Origin: Candidatus Pelethousia sp.
Lineage (GTDB): Bacteria > Bacillota > Clostridia > Christensenellales > CAG-138
Reading direction: 5' to 3'
Assembly (NCBI GenBank): GCA_034933245.1
Contig: JAYFNX010000013.1
Span: 939-64,938 of the forward strand
Length of the DNA: 64,000 nt
This document shows, piece by piece, positions 9,846 through 19,101 of the stretch; position 1 is the stretch's first letter; each line of letters opens with the position of its first letter. The translations under genes and the position numbers were made by a program. The notes under the pieces were generated by a model, which saw nothing but the letters and a program-made list of their open reading frames with translations, had not been told where the DNA came from and made no database searches.

Positions 9846-12128
9846 ATGAGCATAGGACAAAGCATCAAACGCGTGGACGCTTTGGATAAGGTAACGGGCC
9901 GCGCCAAATATACGGATGATCTGGCGGATAAGGGAGCCCTCGTCGCCAAAATCCTCCACTCCACCATAGCCAACGGACGGGTGAAAGCGATTGATACATC
10001 CGAAGCGGAGAAGATCGAGGGCGTGGTGAAGATCGTCACCTGCTTTGATGTTCCCCAGTTTAAATTCCCCACGGCGGGCCATCCCTGGAGCACAGACCCT
10101 TCCCACCAGGATGTGGCCGACCGGTTGCTCCTGACCAGCCGCATCCGCTTCTACGGGGACGATGTAGCAGCCGTGGTGGCCGAAAACGAGGTCGCCGCCA
10201 TGCAGGCGGTGCGGGCCATTCAGGTGGAATATGAGGAATATCCTATTGTACTGGACGTGCAAAAGGCCATGGAGCCGGACGCGCCCCAGCTCCACGAGGA
10301 ATTTCCGGGAAACATTCTCAAACACACCCAGATTCGCCTGGGCAACTATGCGCAAGCCATTCAGGAGCCGGGCCTCATGAAGGTGGAGGGCTGGTATGAT
10401 ACCCCGGTAGTACAGCATTGCCATATTGAAAATCACATTACCTATGCCTATCAGGAAGGCAAGCGGTTGACGGTGGTCGCTTCTACCCAAATCCCGCATA
10501 TCGTTCGCCGGATTGTCGGCCAGGCCTTGGGCATTCCCTGGGGGGATGTTCGCCTCATTAAGCCCTATATCGGAGGCGGGTTCGGCAACAAACAGGACGC
10601 CCTCTATGAGCCCTTGTGCGCCTACCTGTGCACGGCGGTGGGGGGCCGCCTTGTGAAGCTGGATGTGAGCCGGGAGGAAACCTTTGTTTGCAACCGGGTG
10701 CGCCATGCTATCCGTACCCATATCATCAGCTGGCTCCGGCCGGATGGTACCTTTGCGGCCCGCAAAATCGAATGCTTTTCGGACCAGGGCGCATATGCTT
10801 CCCACGGCCACGGCGTGGTTGCCAAGGGTATGGGCGCATTCCCGCAGCTTTACCCCTGCCCGAACGTAGAGGGGGATGCGTATAGCGTATTCACCAATAA
10901 GCCCGTGGCAGGCGCCATGCGGGCCTATGGTATACCGCAAGCCATGTTTGCCGGCGAGAGCCACATAGATGATATCGCGAAGGTAATGGGCGTTACCCCG
11001 GAATCCTTCCGCCGCAGCCACCTGATGCCGGTGGGGTACGTGGATGGCTTTAGTAAAAATGAAAACTACTACGATACGTTTAACCAGTGCCTTGACAAGG
11101 GCAAGGAATATATAGATTATGACCGCAAACTTGCCGCATACGCCAATCAAACGGGCGCGGTGCGCCGTGGCATTGGGATGGCCGTTTTCTGGTATAATAC
11201 AGCCGTATGGCCCATCAGCCTGGAATCTAGTTCCTGCCGCATGGTACTCAACCAGGATGGTTCCATGCAGCTGCAGATGGGCGAAACGGAGATCGGCCAA
11301 GGGGCGGATACGGCCTTTGCCCAGATGGCTTCTGAAACCTTGGGCATTCCTGTGGAGAAGGTGCATGTGATGTCCACCCAGGATACCGATATAACCCCCT
11401 TCGGAACAGGCGCATATGCTTCCCGCCAGACTTACGTGGGCGGTTTTTCCATCCGGCAGACGGCTCTCATCATGAAGGAGCGCATTCTGAAATATGCGAC
11501 GGAACTTACCCGTGTCGCAACCTACGATTTGGATCTTGTGGATGGAACCATTGTGCGTACAACCGACGGCCGCAAACTCCTTACGCTGGAGCAACTGGCC
11601 ACCGAGGCGCTTTACAGCCTCAGCCACAGCGAGCATATTACGGCGGAAAGCACTTACCAAATCAGGAACAACGCCTATTCCTTCGGCTGCAGCTTTGCGG
11701 AGGTGGAGGTGGATATTCCCTTGTGCAAAGTGAAGCTGCTGGATATTGTAAACGTGCATGACTGCGGGCGGCTCATCAACCCCGCCCTGGCGGAAGCCCA
11801 AGTGCACGGCGGCATGAGCATGGGCATTGGATATGGCCTTTCCGAGCAACTCCTCTTCGACGAAAAGACGGGAAGGCCGCTCAATAATAACCTGCTGGAC
11901 TATAAGCTTTCCACCACCATGGATCATCCGGATCTTGCGGCGCGGTTTGTGGAAAACTATGAACCTACCAGCGCTTATGGCACCAAGGCTTTGGGTGAAC
12001 CCCCGGCCTGCCCCGGCGCGCCCGCTATCCGCAATGCTATATTAAACGCAACGGGCGTCGCCATTAACCGCGTACCCATTACACCCCACGTCCTCTTTGC
12101 AAGGTTCAAAGAGGAAGGGCTCATATAA
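9846..12128 (+). CDS. xanthine dehydrogenase-family molybdopterin-binding large subunit
   Basis: 760 aa. The a/b-hammerhead N-terminus (VDALDKVTGRAKYTDD) is present. GGGFGNKQD and GEPPACPGAPAIRNA are typical of XDH/aldehyde oxidase Mo subunits. Confidence 0.85.
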   Translation: MSIGQSIKRVDALDKVTGRAKYTDDLADKGALVAKILHSTIANGRVKAIDTSEAEKIEGVVKIVTCFDVPQFKFPTAGHPWSTDPSHQDVADRLLLTSRIRFYGDDVAAVVAENEVAAMQAVRAIQVEYEEYPIVLDVQKAMEPDAPQLHEEFPGNILKHTQIRLGNYAQAIQEPGLMKVEGWYDTPVVQHCHIENHITYAYQEGKRLTVVASTQIPHIVRRIVGQALGIPWGDVRLIKPYIGGGFGNKQDALYEPLCAYLCTAVGGRLVKLDVSREETFVCNRVRHAIRTHIISWLRPDGTFAARKIECFSDQGAYASHGHGVVAKGMGAFPQLYPCPNVEGDAYSVFTNKPVAGAMRAYGIPQAMFAGESHIDDIAKVMGVTPESFRRSHLMPVGYVDGFSKNENYYDTFNQCLDKGKEYIDYDRKLAAYANQTGAVRRGIGMAVFWYNTAVWPISLESSSCRMVLNQDGSMQLQMGETEIGQGADTAFAQMASETLGIPVEKVHVMSTQDTDITPFGTGAYASRQTYVGGFSIRQTALIMKERILKYATELTRVATYDLDLVDGTIVRTTDGRKLLTLEQLATEALYSLSHSEHITAESTYQIRNNAYSFGCSFAEVEVDIPLCKVKLLDIVNVHDCGRLINPALAEAQVHGGMSMGIGYGLSEQLLFDEKTGRPLNNNLLDYKLSTTMDHPDLAARFVENYEPTSAYGTKALGEPPACPGAPAIRNAILNATGVAINRVPITPHVLFARFKEEGLI

Positions 12129-12142
12129 GGAGGGATTCGCAC

Positions 12143-13024
12143 ATGTACGATATGAAAGCACTATACGAAGCGGCGAGCGTGGCGCATGCCGTCTCCCTGC
12201 TTCAGGAGCATCCGGGCGCGAAAATCATTGCCGGCGGCAGCGATGTGCTGGTTCAGATGCGGGAAGGAAAGCTTGCGGGCTCAGAATTGGTGAGCATTTA
12301 TCTGTTGGATGAGCTCCGGGGTGTGACTATGCTGGAGGACGGCGCGCTGCGTATCGGCTCGCTTACCAGTTTTTCGCATATTACCAAGGATCCTCTCATT
12401 CAACAGCACATTGCGGTGCTGGGCGAGGCGGTGGATATGGTGGGCGGCCCGCAGGTCCGTAACATCGGCACCATTGGCGGGAACACCTGCAACGGCGTAA
12501 CCAGTGCGGATTCCGCATCTACCCTTATGGCCTATGATGCCGTGATGGAGGTGGAGGGCCCGGAGGGCAAACGCCTGATTCCCATCCGGGAATGGTATAT
12601 AAGCGCGGGCAAGGTGAGCCTGAAGCCCGCTGAAATGCAGGTGGCGATTCGTATTCCCAAGGAGTGTTATGAAGGCTATAAAGGCCATTATATCAAATAC
12701 GCCATGCGCAATGCCATGGACATTGCCACGCTGGGCTGCTCGGCAAACGTGAAGCTTTCGGCGGATAAAAAGACCATTTTGGATGCGCGCCTCGCCTATG
12801 GCGTGGCTGGCCCCGTTCCCATGCGCGCGCCTTCCGCGGAGGCGGCAGTGAAGGGAAAACCCGTAAACGAAGCGTCCATCGAAACCTTTGGCGAGGCCGT
12901 ATCCCAGGATGTAAAGCCTCGGGACAGTTGGCGCGCCAGCAAAGCTTTCCGCCTGCACTTAGCCGAGGAGCTGGCCAAACGGGCGCTACGCGAATCCATC
13001 CGCCTTTCGGGAGGTGAACTGTAA
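12143..13024 (+). CDS. xanthine dehydrogenase-family FAD-binding subunit
   Basis: 293 aa with IIAGGSDVLVQMR and NIGTIGGN motifs of the CO-DH flavoprotein/XdhB family. It sits second in the operon. Confidence 0.8.
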   Translation: MYDMKALYEAASVAHAVSLLQEHPGAKIIAGGSDVLVQMREGKLAGSELVSIYLLDELRGVTMLEDGALRIGSLTSFSHITKDPLIQQHIAVLGEAVDMVGGPQVRNIGTIGGNTCNGVTSADSASTLMAYDAVMEVEGPEGKRLIPIREWYISAGKVSLKPAEMQVAIRIPKECYEGYKGHYIKYAMRNAMDIATLGCSANVKLSADKKTILDARLAYGVAGPVPMRAPSAEAAVKGKPVNEASIETFGEAVSQDVKPRDSWRASKAFRLHLAEELAKRALRESIRLSGGEL

Positions 13025-13521
13025 TGCATGAGACCCAATATAAGCTCGTTAGATGTACGTTGAACGGCAAGCGTGTGGAAACAATGGTGGATGTTCGGGC
13101 ATCCCTAACGGATATGCTTCGCAACGATTACCGCCTTACGTCCGTAAAAAAAGGCTGCGAGGTGGGGGAATGCGGCGCATGCAATGTGCTCATTGACGGC
13201 GAGTGCTTCAATAGCTGTATTTATCTGGCTGTTTGGGCAGATGGCAAGAATATCCGTACCCTAGAGGGCCTTTTGGGCCCGGATGGCGAGCTTTCGGATA
13301 TTCAGCAAGCTTTTATCGACGAAACGGCTGTGCAGTGCGGTTTCTGCACCCCCGGCTTCATTATGACGGCCGTGGAGATATTGGAATCCGGCAAGGAATA
13401 TACCCGGGATGAGCTGAGAAAGCTCCTTTCAGGCCATTTGTGCCGCTGCACGGGCTATGAGAACATTCTCAACGCCGTGGAAAAAACCATGAAAAACTGG
13501 TTGGCGGCAAAAAATAACTAA
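13024..13521 (+). CDS. xanthine dehydrogenase-family (2Fe-2S)-binding small subunit
   Basis: 165 aa with both cluster motifs: GCEVGECGACNVLIDG and QCGFCTPGFIM...CRCTGY. Its start overlaps the upstream stop. Confidence 0.85.
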   Translation: MHETQYKLVRCTLNGKRVETMVDVRASLTDMLRNDYRLTSVKKGCEVGECGACNVLIDGECFNSCIYLAVWADGKNIRTLEGLLGPDGELSDIQQAFIDETAVQCGFCTPGFIMTAVEILESGKEYTRDELRKLLSGHLCRCTGYENILNAVEKTMKNWLAAKNN

Positions 13522-13590
13522 AGAAGGCGCGTCCTGCCTTTTTAGAACCACGGCCGAAAGTTCCGGCTCGATTCAACCCTAACAACACAA

Positions 13591-13626
13591 AAAAGCCCGG
13601 TGCAGACAGGATGCGCCGGGCTTTTA
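13591..13626 (+). terminator. intrinsic terminator after the xdh-like operon
   Basis: Stem gcccgg...ccgggc is flanked by an A-run upstream and TTTT downstream, so it could work in both directions. Confidence 0.5.
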
Positions 13627-13672
13627 ACCGTTTAACGAGGGCTTATGAACTTTATGTTGTCCTGCTCGTGGC

Positions 13673-14278
13673 TTAATTTAAAAGCAGGATTTTTACATCC
13701 ACATTGTTCGCGGGAGGGGTATCGCAGGAAAAGACTATGTAACCTTCCAGTAGCTCGCAGCCGCGTATGCCCGCCGCCATATATGCGGCGGCGCTGGCCG
13801 GGGCAGGCGTTACGATCACATTGCTCTGCGTTGTGACGCCCGGTGCTGGTATGCTTTGCATTGCATCTGTCCAGGCGGTTTGTACCAAGGTGCCGGAAAG
13901 AATATCCGCTATAATACCTGCCCCTTGCGGTCCCGTTTCTCCCGGCGGGCCGGGGATACCCTGGGAACCCGGCTCGCCCTGGGGGCCCACAGGCCCCTGA
14001 GGACCGGTTTGGCCCGGCGGACCCTGGGGCCCGTCGAAGGCGTTGGTCGCAACGGCGTCTTCCAACGTAACGGCGATGCTCTCCGCACGAACTGCGGCGG
14101 TCTGTGCAATTTCGGCGGCTTGGGCCAGTTGGTCATACACGTTGGAGCCGATATCCGGCGTAAGAACCAGGTCCTCCGGGCCGATGATCCCTTCCGCCTG
14201 GGCTTCCATTCGGATCTGCTCACTGGGGAATACATGCACGGTCATACCATGCAGATCTTTCGTTGTGTACAGGCTCAT
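13673..14278 (-). CDS. collagen-like repeat protein (phage fibre-like)
   Basis: Start set at MSLYTTKDL (ATG 14278, GGGGGTG RBS, ATGA overlap with the upstream gene). It contains 13 consecutive G-X-Y triplets. Confidence 0.65.
   Translation of the reverse strand: MSLYTTKDLHGMTVHVFPSEQIRMEAQAEGIIGPEDLVLTPDIGSNVYDQLAQAAEIAQTAAVRAESIAVTLEDAVATNAFDGPQGPPGQTGPQGPVGPQGEPGSQGIPGPPGETGPQGAGIIADILSGTLVQTAWTDAMQSIPAPGVTTQSNVIVTPAPASAAAYMAAGIRGCELLEGYIVFSCDTPPANNVDVKILLLN
13916..14032 (-). repeat. collagen-like (Gly-X-Y)x13 coding repeat
   Basis: Translated [39 protein letters not shown]. Confidence 0.8.
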
Positions 14279-14610
14279 TGCTTCACCCCCAGGATCGTAC
14301 ATTCTACGCTGGCGGGCTGGCTCGGGGCCCCCCCGCTGCAACTGAGCAAAAGAGCATTATCCAGCGCGGCATACATTTGGGTGCCGGCGCTTTCTCCGCC
14401 TGTGCTCACGCGCATGGTAAATTCCGCATCCTGATCCGTCCTGTAATATCCGCGAAGCTCCGCGTTGCCTCCGGCACTGGTGCGCAGGAACACGGCCACG
14501 GGCAGGAGGGTAAGAGGCATTTCTAAGAGCTGGCTATCTTCAATGCCCGTAAATGTTTTGGCTGCCACATCCAGATGCATTTCCATGCCGTAGGTCCAGT
14601 TTAAGATCAT
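14275..14610 (-). CDS. hypothetical phage structural protein
   Basis: Start at [11 protein letters not shown] (ATG 14610, GGGAGG RBS). ATGA overlaps occur at both ends. No recognisable motif. Confidence 0.45.
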   Translation of the reverse strand: MILNWTYGMEMHLDVAAKTFTGIEDSQLLEMPLTLLPVAVFLRTSAGGNAELRGYYRTDQDAEFTMRVSTGGESAGTQMYAALDNALLLSCSGGAPSQPASVECTILGVKQ

Positions 14611-15029
14611 GTTGTTCCTCCCATTATCAGAATGTTGACGTTTAGATCGTAGCTTGGAAGTTTTTTGCTGGCAAAGGTTAAAGCGCCCCATCCCTGTACG
14701 CTGCAACGCACCCGCGCAGCCATATATTCATCATAATTATTGGGATGGGAGGCCACCAATGCCAGGGAGCTGCCGCGCATATTCTGCACGGATACGGTTT
14801 GTACGCATCCGTAGCTATAGACGGTCCAGGCGCTTTGGGGTAAGGTGACGGTTTGGATGAAGGGCATGGGGGCGTAATCGTGCGCATGCTCCGCGGGTGC
14901 CGCTCCGATGCTTTCGGGCGTAATGGGATCGCTGCCGGCGGCTGCATGGGTTTCTCCATGGCCTAAAACCAAGCTGGTGCCTCCTACGCCATTGTCCAAC
15001 ACCTTATTGGTTCCAAAGTAAACTGCCAT
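14607..15029 (-). CDS. phage tail-fibre/receptor-binding-like protein
   Basis: 140 aa. The motif GHGETHAAAGSDPITPESIGAAPAEH resembles the H..H..GSDPI motif common in phage fibre and HylP-like proteins. Confidence 0.5.
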   Translation of the reverse strand: MAVYFGTNKVLDNGVGGTSLVLGHGETHAAAGSDPITPESIGAAPAEHAHDYAPMPFIQTVTLPQSAWTVYSYGCVQTVSVQNMRGSSLALVASHPNNYDEYMAARVRCSVQGWGALTFASKKLPSYDLNVNILIMGGTT

Positions 15030-15631
15030 TAAGATTCTCCTCCTTCTTCCGGTTCCTGCGCCACCTCTGCATACCGCCGTACCGAAAAAGTGGTCACTTT
15101 GTCCGTAATTAGATTCTCACAGGCTGCTGCCGCCTCTTGCGCCTGGGTGGTTACAAGTAGAGCTTCTTGGCGTAGGGTTTCCACCTGATCCATCAGCGTA
15201 CGGAGCATGGGAAGCTCTTGGGTGGAAACCAAAGCGTCTGCAGAAAGCATGGCAGGGCGGCAGGTAAAGTTGAACTTTGCCGTGGTTATCAGAGTGGACA
15301 GGCTTGCATCCGAATAGATTTGCAGCTCGCATTCTACCATGCCTGGTGCGAAGGAACCGGGGAATAGCTGGATGTGCACCTCGTTATTCAGGGCGCCTCT
15401 TAATAGAATGCCGCCTTGGGCTAGAGCGCTGTCCTGGGCGGCGGTGCCGTTGGACTTTGAAAACACGGCAATGACCCGGCAGCCGCTTAGATCCACCGGC
15501 TCCCCTCCATCCGTTAGGGAGATGCGCAGCAGGTTGCCCGTATCTCCCTCCACTACTGTAAAAGCCCGGTTGCCGATGGAGGAGGCAATGTCCAGGGCTA
15601 TATCAAAGGACTTCCTTACCGTGCTGGCCAT
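15029..15631 (-). CDS. BppU-like (baseplate upper protein N-terminal domain) phage protein
   Basis: 200 aa. The N-terminus FTVVEGDTGNLLRISLTDGGEPVDLSG resembles the BppU/DUF2479 Ig-like domain. This is a recollection-level match. Confidence 0.5.
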   Translation of the reverse strand: MASTVRKSFDIALDIASSIGNRAFTVVEGDTGNLLRISLTDGGEPVDLSGCRVIAVFSKSNGTAAQDSALAQGGILLRGALNNEVHIQLFPGSFAPGMVECELQIYSDASLSTLITTAKFNFTCRPAMLSADALVSTQELPMLRTLMDQVETLRQEALLVTTQAQEAAAACENLITDKVTTFSVRRYAEVAQEPEEGGES

Positions 15632-15640
15632 AGCTTCCTC

Positions 15641-16558
15641 CTATTTGCCGATGTAGCGTTCGCGCAAGCTAAGATAGGAACCACTTCCCAGGGAGGCAAG
15701 CAGTTCATCTCTGCGTACCTTCCAATAGCTTTGGTTGCTGGTGAAAAGCTGCGTACGCTGGCTGTCTGAAAGATTCTCCACATAGGAGAGATAATCGCTG
15801 CGCGTTAGGTTATTTGAGACCTGCGCGGTTCCGGAATCCGCACGTTTTGTGGATTTTACGGACGTGGCGCTGTTGGCCGCGCTTTGAGAAAGGGCGTTCT
15901 GCCGAGCCATATCGTTGCTATACCAATCCCCAGCCAGGCTTAGGGCCGCCTGCTGGGCGGATTGTTGGGCCTGCTGGTTGGATTGTTGGGCGGCTAGGCG
16001 CATCTGGTCGTAGCTTTGCAAGCTGGCGGCAATGCGTTCGGCCAAGGTTGCCCCATATTGGGCTTCCATCTCGCCGATGTCCTCCTGGGCGCTGGCATTT
16101 TCGCGCTCCTTGACGCTTGAGATATAGCTGCTGCTTCCCATGCCCCGGGAAACCGCATCCGCATCCAGCTCTGCCTTGGTTGTTTGGCTGGCGCTTTGGC
16201 GGCGGGCAATGGCTGTTTCCAGGCTGGGCTGCAGGGCTTCCTGCCATTGGGTGCGGATGGCGTCCGCGCTCGGGATATCCACCTCTGTGGTGGGGATGCT
16301 GATTTGGTTGAGAATGGCACGGTAATAGCTGTTGAACAAATCCGTGCCCGCACCGCTGTCCGCGCTCCATTTGCCGCCGGATAAGGATGCGCTTTGCTGC
16401 CGGCCCGCACTATATTGGTCATAGGCCGCCTGGGTCTGCGGGCCCCAAATGCCGTCCGCGGTTACGCCCAGCATCCGTTGGTATTCCTTCACAGAAGAGG
16501 CGCTGTTTACGCCGCTGGGAGGGGTGTAGCCGGGGGAATAATATTGTGATCTTGCCAT
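15641..16558 (-). CDS. phage protein with N-terminal peptidoglycan-binding (PG_binding_1-like) motif
   Basis: 305 aa with YQRMLGVTADGIWGPQTQAAYDQY. The rest is Q/S/A-rich and low in complexity. Confidence 0.55.
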   Translation of the reverse strand: MARSQYYSPGYTPPSGVNSASSVKEYQRMLGVTADGIWGPQTQAAYDQYSAGRQQSASLSGGKWSADSGAGTDLFNSYYRAILNQISIPTTEVDIPSADAIRTQWQEALQPSLETAIARRQSASQTTKAELDADAVSRGMGSSSYISSVKERENASAQEDIGEMEAQYGATLAERIAASLQSYDQMRLAAQQSNQQAQQSAQQAALSLAGDWYSNDMARQNALSQSAANSATSVKSTKRADSGTAQVSNNLTRSDYLSYVENLSDSQRTQLFTSNQSYWKVRRDELLASLGSGSYLSLRERYIGK

Positions 16559-16585
16559 AAGGGAAATCCTCCTTGCTTGTGCTGT

Positions 16586-16780
16586 TTATTCCAGGAGCGA
16601 GAGCCGCGCTTCCAGCTCCTCCATTTTTTTTGTAAGAATGGTGAAATTCTGATTCAGATTGTTTTCGTTGGCTTTCACGCTTTCCAAATGGCGCTGCAAA
16701 TCTTGGTTCTCTTCCCTTGCGGGAAGAAGAATGTAATAAAGCGCCCGCATGCCCAAGGCCGTCATTCTACCCGCCTCCAT
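16586..16780 (-). CDS. small coiled-coil hypothetical protein
   Basis: 64-aa ORF that overlaps the end of the upstream gene. It has a heptad-like C-terminus. Coding status is uncertain. Confidence 0.3.
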   Translation of the reverse strand: MEAGRMTALGMRALYYILLPAREENQDLQRHLESVKANENNLNQNFTILTKKMEELEARLSLLE

Positions 16781-18183
16781 GTTTCAAAGCTAAGTTCGGC
16801 GCCGCCGCTCAGATGGAAATGCCCGCCGGCCTCGTTATAGAACCGCAGCCGGAAGGCTCTGCCCGCATTGCCCAGCGGCACCTCCAAAACCTCGCTCTCT
16901 TCCCTGGGAAGGAGCAGACGGTGGGTGGCCGTGTTGCCACCCACGCATACGTCCACAAGCAGGGCCGCGTTCTTTTCACAACCGCCCCGCAGGGATAAGC
17001 TGCGCATGGCTTTGATGCCGCCCTTGTCAAACAGGTCGGTGAGGGGCGTTTGCCACCAGGCCTGGATGTCCTTCCCATCGTAGCTGTCCCCCTCTCCAAA
17101 ACGGTATATGTAGCGTTCCTGGTTAATTAGATACAGCCTGCCGTCCCATGCTGCCAAGTCCCCGATGGAAAAGCCCCGGCGGAACATATAGGTGCGCCGA
17201 ACCAAATCGTATTCCACCAGAACGTCTCCATCAGGGGCGGCCAGAGAGAAGTAGAGCTTATTGCGGGCAAGGGCGCCCCGTGACTTCTCTACGCCGGCTA
17301 CTTTCAACGTTTTGGAAATGCGGCGTGCGTCGGCAAGGGGTGCGGCATTTACGCCATTAAAGCAGCATAGCCCTCCTTCTGTCATAAAATAGAGCTGATC
17401 CCCTTGGGCTACAAGGGCTGTATGCGCGGCTTGCTCCACTTCGGCATCTACCCGTTCTATGGTGAAATTGCTGGGCTTATCCCCGATGAGCCGATAGATG
17501 CTTCGCTTTTTGAAAATAAGCAGTTGGTTCGAGAGGGCGTAAAGCCCCAGGACAGGATCGCCCGCAATGCTGCCCACTTCCGCATGGCCGCCGGAAACGT
17601 TGGGGGAGTCCGCCACATCTGCCCAGCTTTCGATGCTGCGGTCATTGCCGGGCAATTGGGACCAATAAAGCCGGTTGGGAAAGCTGGGATCGCCCGCGGC
17701 GAAAAGTCTGTCCCGGTAAATGGCCAGATACTGAACGGGTTTATCCGAAAGGCCTTCCGCGCTACCAAATTCTTCGGCAAGGGTTCCGTTGTATTTGACG
17801 ATGGCCTGCTCGCCGCTGGCGATTAAAAGATAACCCACGCTGTTAATTTGGACCTGCGCAAAATCCAACCGGTTGGAAGCTAATCCGCCGGCAAAGGCAT
17901 AGATGCGCCCCCAGCTCCCGTTTTTATAGGCGTAAAGTTCCCGGCCGGCGGCCACGATCACTTGATCCTCATCCGCCCGGCGAAAGAGATAAAGCCTATG
18001 CGGTTCCCCTACGCCGGGGATCGGGACGGAAATATGGCGCACATAGCCCTTTGCCACGGTAAGATCGCCATCCTTGGTGTCCATGTTGCAGGCGTCAGGG
18101 CTGAAGGCGGGGTTGAGACCGTTTTCGCTTTGGGACTGGTCTATGCCCGCAAAGGCATCCATCCTGTAAATCTTGCGCGCCAT
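16762..18183 (-). CDS. phage structural protein (unknown; repeat/beta-rich)
   Basis: 473 aa, co-directional and tightly packed within the block. No portal or terminase motifs are recognisable. Confidence 0.5.
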   Translation of the reverse strand: MARKIYRMDAFAGIDQSQSENGLNPAFSPDACNMDTKDGDLTVAKGYVRHISVPIPGVGEPHRLYLFRRADEDQVIVAAGRELYAYKNGSWGRIYAFAGGLASNRLDFAQVQINSVGYLLIASGEQAIVKYNGTLAEEFGSAEGLSDKPVQYLAIYRDRLFAAGDPSFPNRLYWSQLPGNDRSIESWADVADSPNVSGGHAEVGSIAGDPVLGLYALSNQLLIFKKRSIYRLIGDKPSNFTIERVDAEVEQAAHTALVAQGDQLYFMTEGGLCCFNGVNAAPLADARRISKTLKVAGVEKSRGALARNKLYFSLAAPDGDVLVEYDLVRRTYMFRRGFSIGDLAAWDGRLYLINQERYIYRFGEGDSYDGKDIQAWWQTPLTDLFDKGGIKAMRSLSLRGGCEKNAALLVDVCVGGNTATHRLLLPREESEVLEVPLGNAGRAFRLRFYNEAGGHFHLSGGAELSFETWRRVE

Positions 18184-18187
18184 CCGC

Positions 18188-18730
18188 TCACCACCTGTTC
18201 ACCAGCCGATAGCTCGCAGCCTCCCCCATATGCGGTCGCAAATCTGCCTTGCCGGCTTCGTACATTTGAAAATAAATGTTGCTCCCCCGCTGGAGGGAAA
18301 CATCCCCGGAAGCCCGTTCCCGGGCGACCACATAACACACGATCAACCCGTGGCACCAGGCCGGAAGACCTGGCTCGTCGGTGGAAGCGCGCATCTCCTG
18401 GGGCGTGTAGCGGTAGCAAACCTCCACTTTGCCAGGGCCGCCTGAAAGGACGATTGTGCCGGAAACGGAGCCGGGCGCAAAAGGCTCCACCTTGTCGCAG
18501 CGGCGGATGGAGAGCACCTTTACGCAAGGCAGCGAAAACTTTCCGGTATCCAGAACACCATCCCCGCTTTCCAAAGTTTCCATGCTTCTGGGCTGGTATG
18601 CTTTGGCTAGGTCCGCCACGGCTTCATTGGCAAACCGGGTAAACTTATCCCGCCAAATGTCCAGCGTCTGCGCATCATGTCCTCTGTCAAGCTGGGCGAG
18701 GGCGGAAACGATGATATCGTTGAGGGTCAT
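18188..18730 (-). CDS. hypothetical phage protein (possible head-tail adaptor position)
   Basis: Start set at MTLNDIIVSAL (ATG 18730, AAGGGGGA RBS). The positional inference is the only support. Confidence 0.45.
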   Translation of the reverse strand: MTLNDIIVSALAQLDRGHDAQTLDIWRDKFTRFANEAVADLAKAYQPRSMETLESGDGVLDTGKFSLPCVKVLSIRRCDKVEPFAPGSVSGTIVLSGGPGKVEVCYRYTPQEMRASTDEPGLPAWCHGLIVCYVVARERASGDVSLQRGSNIYFQMYEAGKADLRPHMGEAASYRLVNRW

Positions 18731-18743
18731 GGCAGGTTCCCCC

Positions 18744-19025
18744 TTACTCCGAAAGCTTTTTTCCGCGGTTGCCTTTATAAGGCCGGACGCGGGCTTCACT
18801 CAAAAGCTGCACCTGTTCGTTTTGGCGGATAAGCTCACCAAGGCTTTTGGGAACGGCCACCTGAATACCTCTTCGGATGCGGAAAAAATAGCCGTTGATG
18901 CCACCCTCCCAGGGGGTATCCTCCGGATTTCCACCAATCATGAGCTGTACCTTGGGCTCGACCATAAGCTGCTCTCCCACAGCGCCGCCCAGACGGTCGA
19001 TCTCTTTGTCCGTAATGTAACGCAT
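18744..19025 (-). CDS. hypothetical phage protein
   Basis: 93-aa ORF directly downstream of the capsid gene on the same strand. Confidence 0.4.
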   Translation of the reverse strand: MRYITDKEIDRLGGAVGEQLMVEPKVQLMIGGNPEDTPWEGGINGYFFRIRRGIQVAVPKSLGELIRQNEQVQLLSEARVRPYKGNRGKKLSE

Positions 19026-19101
19026 GGTTTTTCCTCCTTGTTACTTGCTTTGCCAAAGGGCCAAGGGACAGATGTCCCTTGGCCCCGCAATGAAATGACG
19101 G

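Noticed and set aside
9816-11927. 703-aa ORF antisense to the xanthine-dehydrogenase large-subunit gene.
   Set aside because: It overlaps a gene with unmistakable XDH motifs on the opposite strand. The translated sequence is a low-complexity G/A/H/R/L-rich product with no motif. Long antisense ORFs of this kind are a normal artefact in high-GC coding DNA.
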